Shown: positions 48,454 to 59,581 of the stretch, piece by piece
Layout: every line of letters begins with the position of its first letter
Numbering within the stretch: position 1 is the first letter of the stretch
From: an uncultured Chthonomonadaceae bacterium
GTDB lineage: Bacteria; Armatimonadota; Chthonomonadetes; Chthonomonadales; Chthonomonadaceae
DNA: 64,000 bases
Assembly: GCA_963835065.1 (NCBI GenBank)
Contig: CAWIEK010000049.1
Coordinates: 224,001-288,000 of the forward strand
Direction of reading: 5' to 3'
Made by a program: the position numbers and the translations under genes
The notes under the pieces: generated by a model
Told to the model about the DNA's origin: nothing
What the model saw: only the letters and a program-made list of their open reading frames with translations
Databases searched by the model: none

Positions 48454-51223
48454 ATGCCAATCCGCGCGGAGAATTACTCGCCTCCATCCATTCTATCTGT
48501 CCGACGCGCTCCGCGCCTTACCGCCTGCGCGTGGGAGTACCCGTTTCTCCTCGCTTTTGCCATGCTGCTGCTCTGGCCGTTGTGCCGGGGGCGTTCGCTG
48601 TACTGGGGCGACATCATGCTGTACTTTGCGCCGATGCTGCATTTTCAGCAGGCCGCGTTACAGCAGGGGCATATTCCGCTGTGGAATCCCACTATTTTGG
48701 GAGGCCAGCCGCTTGTCGGTAATCCACAGATGGGCGTGTTCTATCCGACAACGCCCTTGCTGCTCGTGATGCCCGTCTGGCTTTACATGAGCCTGACCAC
48801 AATTGGACACGTTTTCCTGTGCGGAATCTGCATGAACGCCTACTTACGGGAGTGGACGCAGGATCGCTGGGCGCGACTGGCCGGCAGCCTGACGTACATG
48901 GGCAGCGAGTGTCTGATCGGGCGTATCCAGTTCCCGCCGATGATCTTTTCCGCGCCGTATTTTCCTTTGCTGCTGTGGTGCATTGACCGCTGCCTGGTCG
49001 CCGAACACGCTCACTGCGGCTGCCGCAGAAAGGGAACAGAGAACAGGGAACAGGGAACAGAAGAAGGAAGAAAAGAAGACAGCAGGACAGGGAACAGGGA
49101 ACAGGGAACAGGGAACAGGAATTCGTCTGTTCCGATTGAACCTAAAACAAAACATGAACATGAAACGGAAAACGCGAACGTAATCGAAGCAGTATGTGTT
49201 GAGAATGGCGACTCTACAATTTCGTTGGGTCTACGCTGCGAGACATGCATGCGCGTTCAACGGCAGCGCGTTTGGACGCGCGTTCGATTGTCGCTTGTTG
49301 TCGGCCTGCTGATACTTGCCGCGCATCCACAAATGGCCTACCTGATACTGGCTGTCGGCAGCATTTACACAACGGCGCGTTTGTGGAAGCAAGCGTTACA
49401 TGGCGAACAGACGGCAGGCAAACCGGCGTTATCCGGCAAAACAATCTTTGAACTGCGCGACAGTTCCCATAAATACCCTCGCGCCTCTAATTTACGCGCT
49501 TTCATCCGAACATTGGCTTCGAGCGGCGCGGGACTTTTCGGGGCCGGCCTACTGGGACTGATGCTGTCCGCCGTACAAGCGCTGCCTGCCCTGCAGGTAC
49601 TGCTGGAAAGCCCGCGCGAAAAACTGACGCCGGCGCAGGCCAATCGCTTTTATCTGGAGCCGGCGCATCTGCTGCGGCTGATACTGCCGCGCTTTTGGGG
49701 ACATCCGGCCACTGCGGATTACTGGGGGAGCGGCAATGCCTGGGAACCGGCTTTCTTTGTCGGGTGGCTTCCTCTGCTATTGATTGGTCTTGCCTGCTTT
49801 CGGCTCAGAAAAATCGCGCAAAGTGATGTTCTGGCTGGCAGCCGCGCTGTCGGGAATATGGCTGGCGTTCGGTAATCAAGGCGGGCTTTACTGGCTGGCG
49901 TTCAAAATCGTGCCCGGCTTATCGAATTTTCACGACCCAGCTCGTTTCCTGCTGTTTACGACGCTGGCCTTCGCTGTGCTGACAACAATAGGATGGAACA
50001 TCGGCTGGCAATTCATTTCACGCCGGTTTAAGCGCGAACAATTGTGGGAGAAAATTGGTTTCCTGCGACGTTTTGCATCCTTACAAAGAGCCGGACGTTT
50101 CGTAACGCCAAAACAATCGCGTTTGCTTGTGTTTACCTTGCGGAGTGTCGGAATTGCAGGCATAGCTTTACCCTTGTGGTGGTACGGCAGGGATTGGAAT
50201 CCAACTGTGCCGCATGAGTTTATGGAACGGCAGTCTCACGCGCTTGCTCTTGCGCAGCCACGACCCATTAATGTTACGAAACCAAACGTAACAAATTCAT
50301 CCGATCTAACGAATGGTTCCTTAGACAATTCCCGGCAGCGCATCTATCTTCCCGCCCACGAACCGTTCTGGAAGCGCTATATTACGGATGGGTACAGCGA
50401 TTATGGCTCTGTTGATGCGCTCCATATACAAGCCATGCTGGATACGCTGCTGCCGAATCTAAATATGCAGTGGGGCGTGGACTCGGCCTCCGGTTACGAA
50501 CCGGTTCCGCTTTCCGCGCCGGCCAACGTGGATGTTCTGGGACGACTGGCGCTGCGCAGAAGTGAACCTAATCTGTCACGCCTGCTGTCGCTGATGGGCG
50601 TTGGAACGCTGCTGCTGCCCTCCGAGGACCACATTGCCGCTTCCAGCCTGTCGCCGGAAAATGATCGCCGCTTAGAAGTACGCGCGTGGCGCAATCTGAA
50701 TGTTCTGCCGCGCGCCTGGGTTGTACATTCCCTCCGCCGCGTGGAGGGCAAAACTCGTCTCAGCGCCGCGCTCGCCGCGCCCGACTTCCACCCGGCACAA
50801 CTGGCTTTGATTCAGGATGCGGTTGAAGGGGAGGGGAAGGAAGCCGAACTGGAATGGCCTGCGCCACAAGCGAATGACAAATCTGAGAATAGTTCGACTC
50901 CTACGCCTGTTCACCTCGTGTATTCGGATACACACAGTTTTCAATGGAATGTGGAGGGCGGGGGAGAACCGGGTTTTCTGGTAGCGCGCGCGACGGCGTT
51001 TCCCGGCTGGCAGGCGGAATTGGATGGGCATCCCACACCCCTGCATCGCGTGGACGGGGCGTTGATGGGCCTGTACTTGCCGCCCGGCAGCCATCGCGTT
51101 GCCCTGCGATATGCGCCTGCCTGTTACCGGTTTGGTGGGTACTTATCCCTGCTGGCCTGTGGAATGTTAAGCGCGGCTGCGGGCTGGCTGCTTACTTCCC
51201 GACCAAAAAGAGTCCAAACCTGA
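48454..51223 (+). CDS. YfhO-family GT-C membrane glycosyltransferase (frameshift near 49800)
   Basis: YWGD...YF.P, G.IPLWNP...GG.PL..NPQ...FYP, HPQ, VPG.S.F..PARF, FPGWQA.LDG, LPPG.HRV.LRY.P. Confidence 0.85.
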
Positions 51224-51266
51224 CCTGAAAGAGTCCAAACGTAATCCGTCCGGGTCTAAAGCCATT

Positions 51267-53114
51267 TTGAACGTCTCTAACACCTTCAGAATCATAACTG
51301 CGCTGCTTTTATGGGGGGCGCTGATACTGCTTCGCGTAGTACATCTCGACTCGGACGCTTACGCGCGCCTTTCCTGGAGCAGCGCGCTCCTGACGGACGA
51401 AGGCTTTTATATCCACAACGCCCGCAACATCATTCTGTTCGGACAGATGCGTACCGACGAGTTCAATAACGCGCTGATCATGCCCTTGCTGCATCTGGTT
51501 CAAGTGGTCGTCTTTACTCTGTGCGGCGTCGGAGCGATTCAAGCGCGGCTGATTTCCGTTGCCTGCAGCCTGCTTACGCTTGCCGTGTTCTTTTGCGCCC
51601 TCCGCCGCGCCTTCGGCAGCCGCGCAGCATGGCTCGGCCTTGCCCTCCTCGGCCTTGATCCCGTCTTCGCGCTTTACAATCGCCTCGCCCTGATGGACAC
51701 GCCCGCCTGCCTGCCGTTGTGCGCCGCCTTTTATGCGTGGACGCGAACGAAGGGAAAAGGGAAAAGGGAAAAGGGAAAAGAAGAAATAGAAGACAGAAGA
51801 CAGAAGACAGAAGATACGCAACTCCAGCCTCTATCGGAACAGACGAATTCCTTTTCCCTTTTCCCTTTTCCCTTTTCCCTTCCCTGGCTGTTACTGTGCG
51901 GCGGCTGTCTCGGCCTGGCGTACACCGTCCGGGGATTGGCGGCGGTGATTGTGCCCGTGCCGTTTGTGCTGCTGTTGGTAAGAAGAGAGGGGAGCAGACG
52001 TTCGCGGGTGCGGGATGCGCTGCTGTTGTTCGTCGGGTTGCTGTGCGTCCTCGCGCCGTATGCGCTTTTATGGTATCTGCCGCATCGTCAGGAGATGGCC
52101 CATGCCAATGCGTATTACACGCGCCAGCAACTGCTTCCCCAAAATGGACACGTCCTGCTTGAAAACATAGAACGCGGTTTATTCAACGGTGGGCGTGGGA
52201 TGTTACCCTACTTGCTGAAACACTCTACGGCTTTGACATTGTTAGCGATTTCGTATGCCGCGACCTGTCTGTGTTCCTGGGCAGGGCAATGGCTTGGACG
52301 CTGGAAACAACGCGACACACAACAGAAAAGCAATTTACAACAAAATAATGGCCGACAAGAAGACAATGCAGGATTAAAAAAGACGATAAGCACTGAATTG
52401 TTTCTTGCCGGATGGCTGTTGCCCCTGCTCATTCTGACACTGTGCGTAAATTACGCGCCAAGCCGGTATTATGTTCTATTCTATCCGCCGCTTGCCGGTT
52501 TTGCGGCTATATATGCAGATCAACTACTGAGCCGTGTACAGAAATGTCTACGCGATGGAGCGCAAGGGAATAGACACAAGGCTTTGGCGCATTTGTTCGT
52601 AACGAATTTGTTCATAGTAGGCTGGATTGCGGGCGGCGTATACTGGTACGCGGATTGGCTGCTGCATCTCAGTTACCGGCAGCGGGACGCGGATCGCTGG
52701 CTGGCAGCAAATCTGCCGCCTGACAGCGTCCTGATTGGCGCTGTGTCGCCGGGATTAAGCATGAACAACAGGTTTCGGTGCGTCAACGTCATTGAGAACC
52801 TGTGCAATGATGAACACCCGGTCGAAGACGCCGCGCCCACGCCGCGCTACATCGTTTTGTTGGATCGTGAAGCGGGCTACGCGCCTGTTCCGGCCTCCTC
52901 GTCACCCGGCATCATCTCCTATAGAGATAAATGGGCGGATAGATGGAAGGAGCGCTACTGGCTGCGCCGTTATCCTGACCTTGTGCAGCCGCAGCGCCGT
53001 ATCAAGGCGTTTCCAAATATGCTGAGACCGTTCTTTACCATTGGCGTTTACCCGGTCCCGGAAGCGTATTCACAAAAAACGGGACGGAACGGCAAAGTAA
53101 CTGCGCAGCCCTGA
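51267..53114 (+). CDS. ArnT/PMT-like (GT39/GT83) membrane glycosyltransferase
   Basis: LTDEGFY..NARN, G.G..QARL.S, YNRLALMDT, multiple TMs. Confidence 0.8.
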   Translation: MNVSNTFRIITALLLWGALILLRVVHLDSDAYARLSWSSALLTDEGFYIHNARNIILFGQMRTDEFNNALIMPLLHLVQVVVFTLCGVGAIQARLISVACSLLTLAVFFCALRRAFGSRAAWLGLALLGLDPVFALYNRLALMDTPACLPLCAAFYAWTRTKGKGKREKGKEEIEDRRQKTEDTQLQPLSEQTNSFSLFPFPFSLPWLLLCGGCLGLAYTVRGLAAVIVPVPFVLLLVRREGSRRSRVRDALLLFVGLLCVLAPYALLWYLPHRQEMAHANAYYTRQQLLPQNGHVLLENIERGLFNGGRGMLPYLLKHSTALTLLAISYAATCLCSWAGQWLGRWKQRDTQQKSNLQQNNGRQEDNAGLKKTISTELFLAGWLLPLLILTLCVNYAPSRYYVLFYPPLAGFAAIYADQLLSRVQKCLRDGAQGNRHKALAHLFVTNLFIVGWIAGGVYWYADWLLHLSYRQRDADRWLAANLPPDSVLIGAVSPGLSMNNRFRCVNVIENLCNDEHPVEDAAPTPRYIVLLDREAGYAPVPASSSPGIISYRDKWADRWKERYWLRRYPDLVQPQRRIKAFPNMLRPFFTIGVYPVPEAYSQKTGRNGKVTAQP

Positions 53115-53152
53115 TGGAATTTCGAGAGATTTGTGCTAGAATTGTTGTTGTG

Positions 53153-53662
53153 ATGAAAGTATTGGAGATGATGAAAACCCACGTCACGACCACGCGCCCG
53201 GAAGCCACGCTTGGCGAGGCGATTGATCTGATGGATTTGTATCAAGCGCCGAGCCTGCCCGTTGTAGACGCCGCGCGCTGTTTGTGCGGTATTCTTACGT
53301 CAGAAGATGTTCTGCGCGCCATGATGAGTCAGGCCAACCTTGCGTCTGATACAAATCAGCAACAAGAAACACAAGAATACGGTGAGCCACAAGCCAATGA
53401 ACCGGGTACGGATGCACCGAACACAAATAACTTGCTTGTGGAACGCGCGCTTCGGGCAAAACATGCGGCGCAATACACTGTTCGGGACTACATGACCCCT
53501 GTTGTCATTAGTGTTTCCGAACACGCCGATGTTGAGCAGGCGGCACGGCTGTTATTATCGCGCCAATTGACGCGCCTGCCGGTTACGGACGAATTGGGGC
53601 GCGTCGTAGGCACTGTAAGCCGCGTTGACGTGATACAGGCTGTTTTTGAAGCCTTACTGTGA
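53153..53662 (+). CDS. CBS-domain pair protein
   Basis: Two CBS repeats (LPVVD...GILT..D; VRDYMT...LPVTD..GRVVG.VSR.D). Confidence 0.9.
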   Translation: MKVLEMMKTHVTTTRPEATLGEAIDLMDLYQAPSLPVVDAARCLCGILTSEDVLRAMMSQANLASDTNQQQETQEYGEPQANEPGTDAPNTNNLLVERALRAKHAAQYTVRDYMTPVVISVSEHADVEQAARLLLSRQLTRLPVTDELGRVVGTVSRVDVIQAVFEALL

Positions 53663-53818
53663 TTAGATAGTAGATAGTTTTTAGTTGATAGTTGATAGGG
53701 AGGCAGGAACCGCGAACTTTCAGCGGCCTGCGGCCTTGACAATCTTTGAAGTTTAGCAAGCCTTGAAGTTTAGATTGAAGTTGAAGTTTCGTGTGAAGAT
53801 GAGAAGGGATGTGGAGAG

Positions 53819-55093
53819 ATGCGCGCGCGTTTTGGCAAGAATACCTATCGGCATATCGCGGCACAGGCGGCGTTGCTTCTGGCTGCCGGGCTATCCCTGG
53901 CGCTGGCCGGCTGTAAAGACAAAGACACTTCGGGTACGACAACCGGTGGCGGCGGTGGCAATACGACCACTGCAAGCACGTCCGGGGGCGGGAGTGGCGA
54001 TGAGATCGTCATTGGCGAATACGGCTCCTTCACGGGCAAGCAGTCCGACTTTGGAATCCAGACCGACAACGGTATTCAACTGGCAGTTGCGGAAGCCAAT
54101 GAAGCCGGAGGCGTGGACATTGGCGGCAAGAAGATGAAAATCCGCCTTGTCACGGAAGACGATCAGAGCGACTCCACCAAAGCGGATACCGCCGTCAAGC
54201 GCCTGATTGATGAAAAGAGCGTGACCGCCATACTTGGCGAAGTGGCAAGCGCATGCAGTCAGGCCGGGGGCAAAGTATGCCAGGAACGGGGCGTACCCAT
54301 GATTTCGCCGTCCTCCACCAACGAAACCGTTACGCAGAACCGTGATATGGTTTTCCGCGTTTGCTTTATTGACAGCTATCAGGCTGGAGTGGTTGCCCGC
54401 TTCATCAAGGACGGCCTGAAAAAAACCAATGTCGCCACGTTCACGAACAAATCGGAAAGCTACTCGGTCGGGTTTACCGACGAGTTTAAGAAAAAGTTTA
54501 CGCAGTACGGCGGCAAAATTCTGATGGAGCAGACGTATGGCTCCAACGATCAGGATTATCGCGGGCAGTTGACGGCCATCAAATCCGCCAACCCGGACGC
54601 TATCCTGGTTCCCGGCTACTATTCGGATGCCGCCAGCATCGCAAAGCAGGCGCGTGAATTGGGCATTACCGTTCCGCTACTCGGCGGGGACGGCTGGAGT
54701 TCCCCCGAATTGATCAAGATCGGCGGCAGCGCGCTGGAAGGCTGCTACTTCAGCGATCACATGTCCATTAAAAACCCCGATCCCATCGTGCAGAACTTCG
54801 TCAAGGGTTATTCCGGCAAGTTCAAAACGGAGCCGACCTCTATGTCGGCGTTGGGCTATGACGCGGCCAAAATCCTGTTCGATGCCATGACCCGCGCCAA
54901 GTCAACCGATAAAAAAGCCATTCGGGACGCGCTTGCGCAAACGAAGGATTATACGGGCGTAACCGGCAAAATCACCATTGATGAAAATCGTAATGCCAAA
55001 AAGCCCGCCGTTATCAATGTCGTGAAAAACGGCAGTTTCGATTTCGCCGCGACCATACCCGACCCGGATCAGCCGATGCCGGCAAAGCAGTGA
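53819..55093 (+). CDS. Branched-chain amino acid ABC transporter substrate-binding lipoprotein (LivJ/K family)
   Basis: Lipobox LAGC; GEVAS, PMISPSSTN, FRVCFID, LGGDGW, ALGYDA, GVTGKI. Confidence 0.92.
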   Translation: MRARFGKNTYRHIAAQAALLLAAGLSLALAGCKDKDTSGTTTGGGGGNTTTASTSGGGSGDEIVIGEYGSFTGKQSDFGIQTDNGIQLAVAEANEAGGVDIGGKKMKIRLVTEDDQSDSTKADTAVKRLIDEKSVTAILGEVASACSQAGGKVCQERGVPMISPSSTNETVTQNRDMVFRVCFIDSYQAGVVARFIKDGLKKTNVATFTNKSESYSVGFTDEFKKKFTQYGGKILMEQTYGSNDQDYRGQLTAIKSANPDAILVPGYYSDAASIAKQARELGITVPLLGGDGWSSPELIKIGGSALEGCYFSDHMSIKNPDPIVQNFVKGYSGKFKTEPTSMSALGYDAAKILFDAMTRAKSTDKKAIRDALAQTKDYTGVTGKITIDENRNAKKPAVINVVKNGSFDFAATIPDPDQPMPAKQ

Positions 55094-55098
55094 TAAGG

Positions 55099-55211
55099 CA
55101 GGTTTCAGGTTTCAGGTTTCAGGAAAAACTCTTCATTTAACGTTGATCTAGTAAATTCATCGAGTGGAATGAACAGTGAGTTCTCCCTGACACCTGAAAC
55201 CTGAAACCTGC
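55099..55211. repeat. Inverted heptamer-repeat element (CAGGTTT)n ... (AAACCTG)n
   Basis: Three heptamers on each side in inverted orientation around a roughly 60-nt AT-rich core. Confidence 0.8.
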
Positions 55212-55227
55212 CTCTTGGAGCCTCTTC

Positions 55228-56349
55228 TTGTCTAAGGCAGTAGAGATATTTCTACAACAGTTCGTCAATGGCATCCAGACCGGCAGCGTGTATGCGCTGA
55301 TCGCGGTCGGGTACACGATGGTGTATGGTGTCCTGAAGTTCATCAACTTCGCGCATGGCGACGTGTACATGGTCGGGGCGTACATCGGCCTGTTCGCGGT
55401 TGCGGCTATTCTGCCGCACAATGGGCCGCTGACGCAGGATATTATCGTCCTGCTGCTGTGCATGATGGGGTGCGGGTTGTTGGGCGCGTTTATCGAGCGT
55501 CTCGCCTATCGTCCCCTGCGTAACGGCCTGAGCGGAACCGATGCCTGGCCCTGGGCGCTGTTCTGGGCGCTGTACATCGGCCTGTTTGCTGGCCCGGCTG
55601 TGGAAGCGCATAGTTCCTTTAATGGCGTGGGCGCGTTTTTGATTACGGTAGGGATCAGTTTTGTGGTTTTGACGCCCATCCTGCAGCGTCTGTTTGCCGG
55701 GGTAGGGAAGCGGCTGCGGCCTTCGCGCAATCGCCTGACCGCGCTGATTACCGCCATCGGATTGTCGCTGCTGCTGGAAAATCAGGGGCAAGCCTCGTTC
55801 GGGGCGACGCCGCGCCAGTACCCGGATCAGGGCTTCAAGCCGCAGATACTTTCGATTGGCGCAATTCATGTTGATATTAACGCGGGGCGGCTGATCGTAC
55901 TCGGAGCCGCCGTGATCCTGATGGCGGTTCTGGTCTACATCGTGCGCAAGACCCGGACGGGACGCGCCATACGCGCCGTTTCCTACGACATTGAAGCGGC
56001 GGCGCTGATGGGAATTCCCACGGATCGCATTGTCGCGCTGACTTTCGTAATCGGCTCTGCCTTAGCAGGCGCAGGCGGTTTCCTGAACCACAACCTGGGG
56101 CAGATCAAGTTCGACGCCAACATCGGCATCCAACTTGGCCTGAAAGCCTTTGTAGCCGCTGTGCTGGGCGGTATCGGCAGCATAGAGGGCGCGGTATTGG
56201 GAGCCATGCTGATGGGGCTTGCTGAAAGCTACACGGGTGGTTCCGCGCTCAATGCGTTCAAGGACGGAGTAGGCTTCGTGATTCTGATTGCCGTGCTGTT
56301 GTTTCGGCCTGCCGGTATCCTGGGCCGCAACACGGTTGAGAAAGTTTAG
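55228..56349 (+). CDS. livH: Branched-chain amino acid ABC permease LivH (with roughly 65-aa hydrophobic insertion)
   Basis: YALIAVGYTMVYGVLKFINFAHG, GRAIRAV..D..AA.LMG, KAFVAAVLGGIG. Confidence 0.92.
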   Translation: MSKAVEIFLQQFVNGIQTGSVYALIAVGYTMVYGVLKFINFAHGDVYMVGAYIGLFAVAAILPHNGPLTQDIIVLLLCMMGCGLLGAFIERLAYRPLRNGLSGTDAWPWALFWALYIGLFAGPAVEAHSSFNGVGAFLITVGISFVVLTPILQRLFAGVGKRLRPSRNRLTALITAIGLSLLLENQGQASFGATPRQYPDQGFKPQILSIGAIHVDINAGRLIVLGAAVILMAVLVYIVRKTRTGRAIRAVSYDIEAAALMGIPTDRIVALTFVIGSALAGAGGFLNHNLGQIKFDANIGIQLGLKAFVAAVLGGIGSIEGAVLGAMLMGLAESYTGGSALNAFKDGVGFVILIAVLLFRPAGILGRNTVEKV

Positions 56350-56506
56350 CAAAGTTCAGCTCGGTTACAACTTTTGCTTCGTATATTCCCATATTTCCCA
56401 TTTTTTAGTGTGTTCAAAACCATCGTCCTTACCGTAATACATGCAGTTAGCCATGCAATGATGCTTGCCATACCGCCGTGTGTTCATCCGTTTTCTGTCT
56501 AAGTTC

Positions 56507-58760
56507 ATGATACAAACCGATTCACGCGCTGTTTCCCTTTCTCCTATGGCTGCTTCTCCCGCGTTGCGCTGGCTCAAGCGTCTTGGCTGGCTGCTGGTTG
56601 CCGCCCTGCTTATCGCCATTGGCAGCAGGGTCAATAACAACCTCAAAGAATACTATCAGGATGTTATTTTGCAGTGCGGCTTTGCCATCATCCTGGCGGT
56701 CAGTCTCAACATCGTCAATGGGCTGACCGGGCAGTTTTCCATCGGCCATGCCGGGTTTATGGCTGTGGGCGCGTATACCGGCGCGAGTATTACGTATCAG
56801 GTGGCTCTTCAATCCCATGTTGCCAAACCCGGATTGCCCTGGATGCTGCTGGCAATGGGGGTGGGGGGGGTATGCGCGGCGCTTGCGGGCTATATCGTCG
56901 GCGTGCCGAGTTTACGACTGCGCGGCGATTACCTTGCCATTGTTACCCTGGGTTTCGGCGAAATCATCCGCGTAATTCTGGAAAATATCGGTGACATCAA
57001 CGCCTCCCTGTCCTTTACCGGGGGCGCTTCCGGTTTTCAGAACATCCCTACGCTGTCCACCTTTGGCATCGTGACCGCTACAGCCATCGTTGTGATCGTG
57101 CTGGCGCGGAATTTGAAGTTTTCCTCGCACGGCCTGGCTTTTATGTCCATACGCGAGGACGAAATTGCCGCAGATGCTATGGGCGTCAATACTACCCGCA
57201 TCAAAGTGACGGCTTTTGTCCTGAGCGCGTTTTTTGCCGGGGTGGGGGGCGTCCTGTTTGCGCACTATAAAGCCATCAAACCGGATACGTTTGGGTTCGT
57301 CCTGTCCATGAACTACGTCGTCATGATCGTATTGGGAGGAACCGGCAGTATCACGGGCGCGACAATGGCGGCAGTGGGCCTGACGATCCTGCCGGAACTG
57401 CTCAAACCCATTAAAGACAGAGTTCCCTTTTTCACGGACGAGTACCGGCAGGTCATTTACGCGCTGCTCCTTGTGCTGATGATGATCTTACGTCCGACGG
57501 GCGTGTTCGGCACAGGCGAGTTGAGTTTGGCGGGGCTACGGCGATGGTTCCGGCGTGGCAAAACGCCCGTGACCTCGCTTGCAGAAGGGCTGACGGCGGA
57601 AGGCAACCGCGCGCTGGAAGATGCCACCAGCGAGGCGCTGGAAGAGGGGAGTAAGCCGACAGGCGCGAACGCGGAAGTCACGCGCTCACATTCCTCAATG
57701 TCAGCAATGCAGTCTTCGTTCGCGTCTTCCACTTCTGCGCCCTCTATGCTTGACCGTAGCGATATTCTGCTCGACGTTGCCGATTTGACCCGGCGCTTCG
57801 GTGGGCTGACGGCAGTGGGGAATGTCAATTTACAGCTTCATAAAGGTGAATTGGTTGGCCTGATTGGTCCTAACGGCGCGGGCAAAACCACCGTTTTTAA
57901 TCTACTGACCGGCGTGTATGAGCCTAGCGAAGGCCGTTTGGATTTCGACGATCAACCGTTGGCCGGGCAGCGCCCGACGCTGCTAACAACACGAATAGCG
58001 GGATTGGCGTTGGATACGGTCATTGCGGCGTTCGCGGGCTGGATCATCAGTACCATTATGGCGACTGCGATTGTGCCTGCCGCGACCACGCCCCAAGCGG
58101 TTCATCTGCAAGCCGTCATTCGATGGCTTGGCCCGATCATCGGTATTGCGGCTTCGCTTGCCACGCTGCGCAATCGCCGCAAATTCGTGCCCGGCTACAA
58201 GCCGTATCGCTTTGCGCTACGCGGCATTTCGCGCACCTTCCAAAATATCCGCTTATTTGCCGATTTGACGGTACTGGAGAATGTTCGCATCGGAACCTAC
58301 CTCCGGCGGCAAACCAATGTTTTTGATGCCTTGTTCCGCACAACCCGCCTGGAACGCGAGGAAGCCGCTAACATCGAAAAGGCGCGGCGCTTGCTTGCCG
58401 AATTCAATCTGCTGCGCGTTCAGGATGAACAGGCGAAGAATCTGCCGTATGGCGATCAGCGCCGGCTGGAAATCGTGCGCGCGCTGGCAACCGATCCCGA
58501 AATTGCTCCTGCTTGATGAACCGGCAGCAGGCATGAACCCGCAGGAAAAGGGTCAACTTATGCACCTGATTCGCCGCGTCCGGGACGAATACGGCCTGAC
58601 CATCCTGCTGATTGAGCATGACATGAAGCTTGTCATGGGCATTTGCGAACGCATTTACGTATTGGATTACGGGCGCATCATCGCTGAAGGAACGCCGCAG
58701 GAAATACGCAGCAATCCCAAAGTCGTGGCCGCTTATCTGGGCGAGGAAAGTAATGAGTAG
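56507..58760 (+). CDS. Fused LivM permease + LivG ATPase (frameshift near 58500)
   Basis: [28 protein letters not shown], then [38 protein letters not shown] and LIEHDM in ORF 58281-58760. Confidence 0.9.
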
Positions 58761-58762
58761 GA

Positions 58763-58862
58763 AGGTTTCAGGTTTCAGAAAAGCCTCTCCTTTCAGAGTT
58801 GAACAGTAAACATGAAATGTCATCCTGACACATGAAATGTCATCCTGACACCTGACACCTAA
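58763..58862. repeat. Inverted heptamer-repeat element with internal 20-21-bp tandem duplication
   Basis: AGGTTTCAGGTTTCAG ... CCTGACACCTGACACCT; CATGAAATGTCATCCTGACA twice. Confidence 0.7.
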
Positions 58863-58873
58863 CGGAGTGTGCC

Positions 58874-59581
58874 TTGCTGACGATTACCGATTTGAACGTG
58901 TACTATGGGGCGATACGGGCGCTGGACGGCATCTCGCTGACGGTCAATCAGGGCGAGATTGTCTGCATGATCGGCGCAAATGGGGCGGGCAAAAGCACGA
59001 CTATACGGACGGTCTCCGGGCTTGTGCGGCCGCGTTCCGGCGAAGTTTCGTTTGAAGGCAAGGCTTTGCACCGTCTGCCGCCGCATGATATTGTTACGCT
59101 TGGGGTGGGGCAGTCACCCGAAGGCCGACGGGTCTTTGCCAACATGACGGTACGCGAGAATCTGGATTTAGGCGCGTTTACCCGAGACAAACACAAGGCG
59201 GAAAAGCGCGACGATCTGGAAAAAGCTTTTACGCTGTTTCCCCGCCTCAAAGAGCGGGAAGCGCAGCTTGCCGGGACGCTGTCCGGGGGAGAGCAGCAAA
59301 TGCTTGCCATCGGACGCGCGCTGATGTCCCGCCCGCGCCTGCTGCTGCTCGATGAACCCTCTTTGGGACTCGCGCCCTTCCTCGTCAAGAACATCTTTCA
59401 GATCATACAGGACATCAATCAGCAGGGCGTGACGATCCTGCTTGTCGAACAAAACGCCAATCAAGCGCTCCGCATCGCCCACCGGGGCTATGTCCTGGAA
59501 ACAGGCCGCGTCGTGCTTGCCGACACCGCCGCCGCGCTGCTGCAAAACGACAGTGTGCGGAAAGCGTATTTAGGAGAGTAG
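58874..59581 (+). CDS. livF: Branched-chain amino acid ABC ATPase LivF
   Basis: GANGAGKST, PEGRRVF, LSGGEQQMLA, LLLDEPSLGLAP, LVEQNA. Confidence 0.95.
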   Translation: MLTITDLNVYYGAIRALDGISLTVNQGEIVCMIGANGAGKSTTIRTVSGLVRPRSGEVSFEGKALHRLPPHDIVTLGVGQSPEGRRVFANMTVRENLDLGAFTRDKHKAEKRDDLEKAFTLFPRLKEREAQLAGTLSGGEQQMLAIGRALMSRPRLLLLDEPSLGLAPFLVKNIFQIIQDINQQGVTILLVEQNANQALRIAHRGYVLETGRVVLADTAAALLQNDSVRKAYLGE

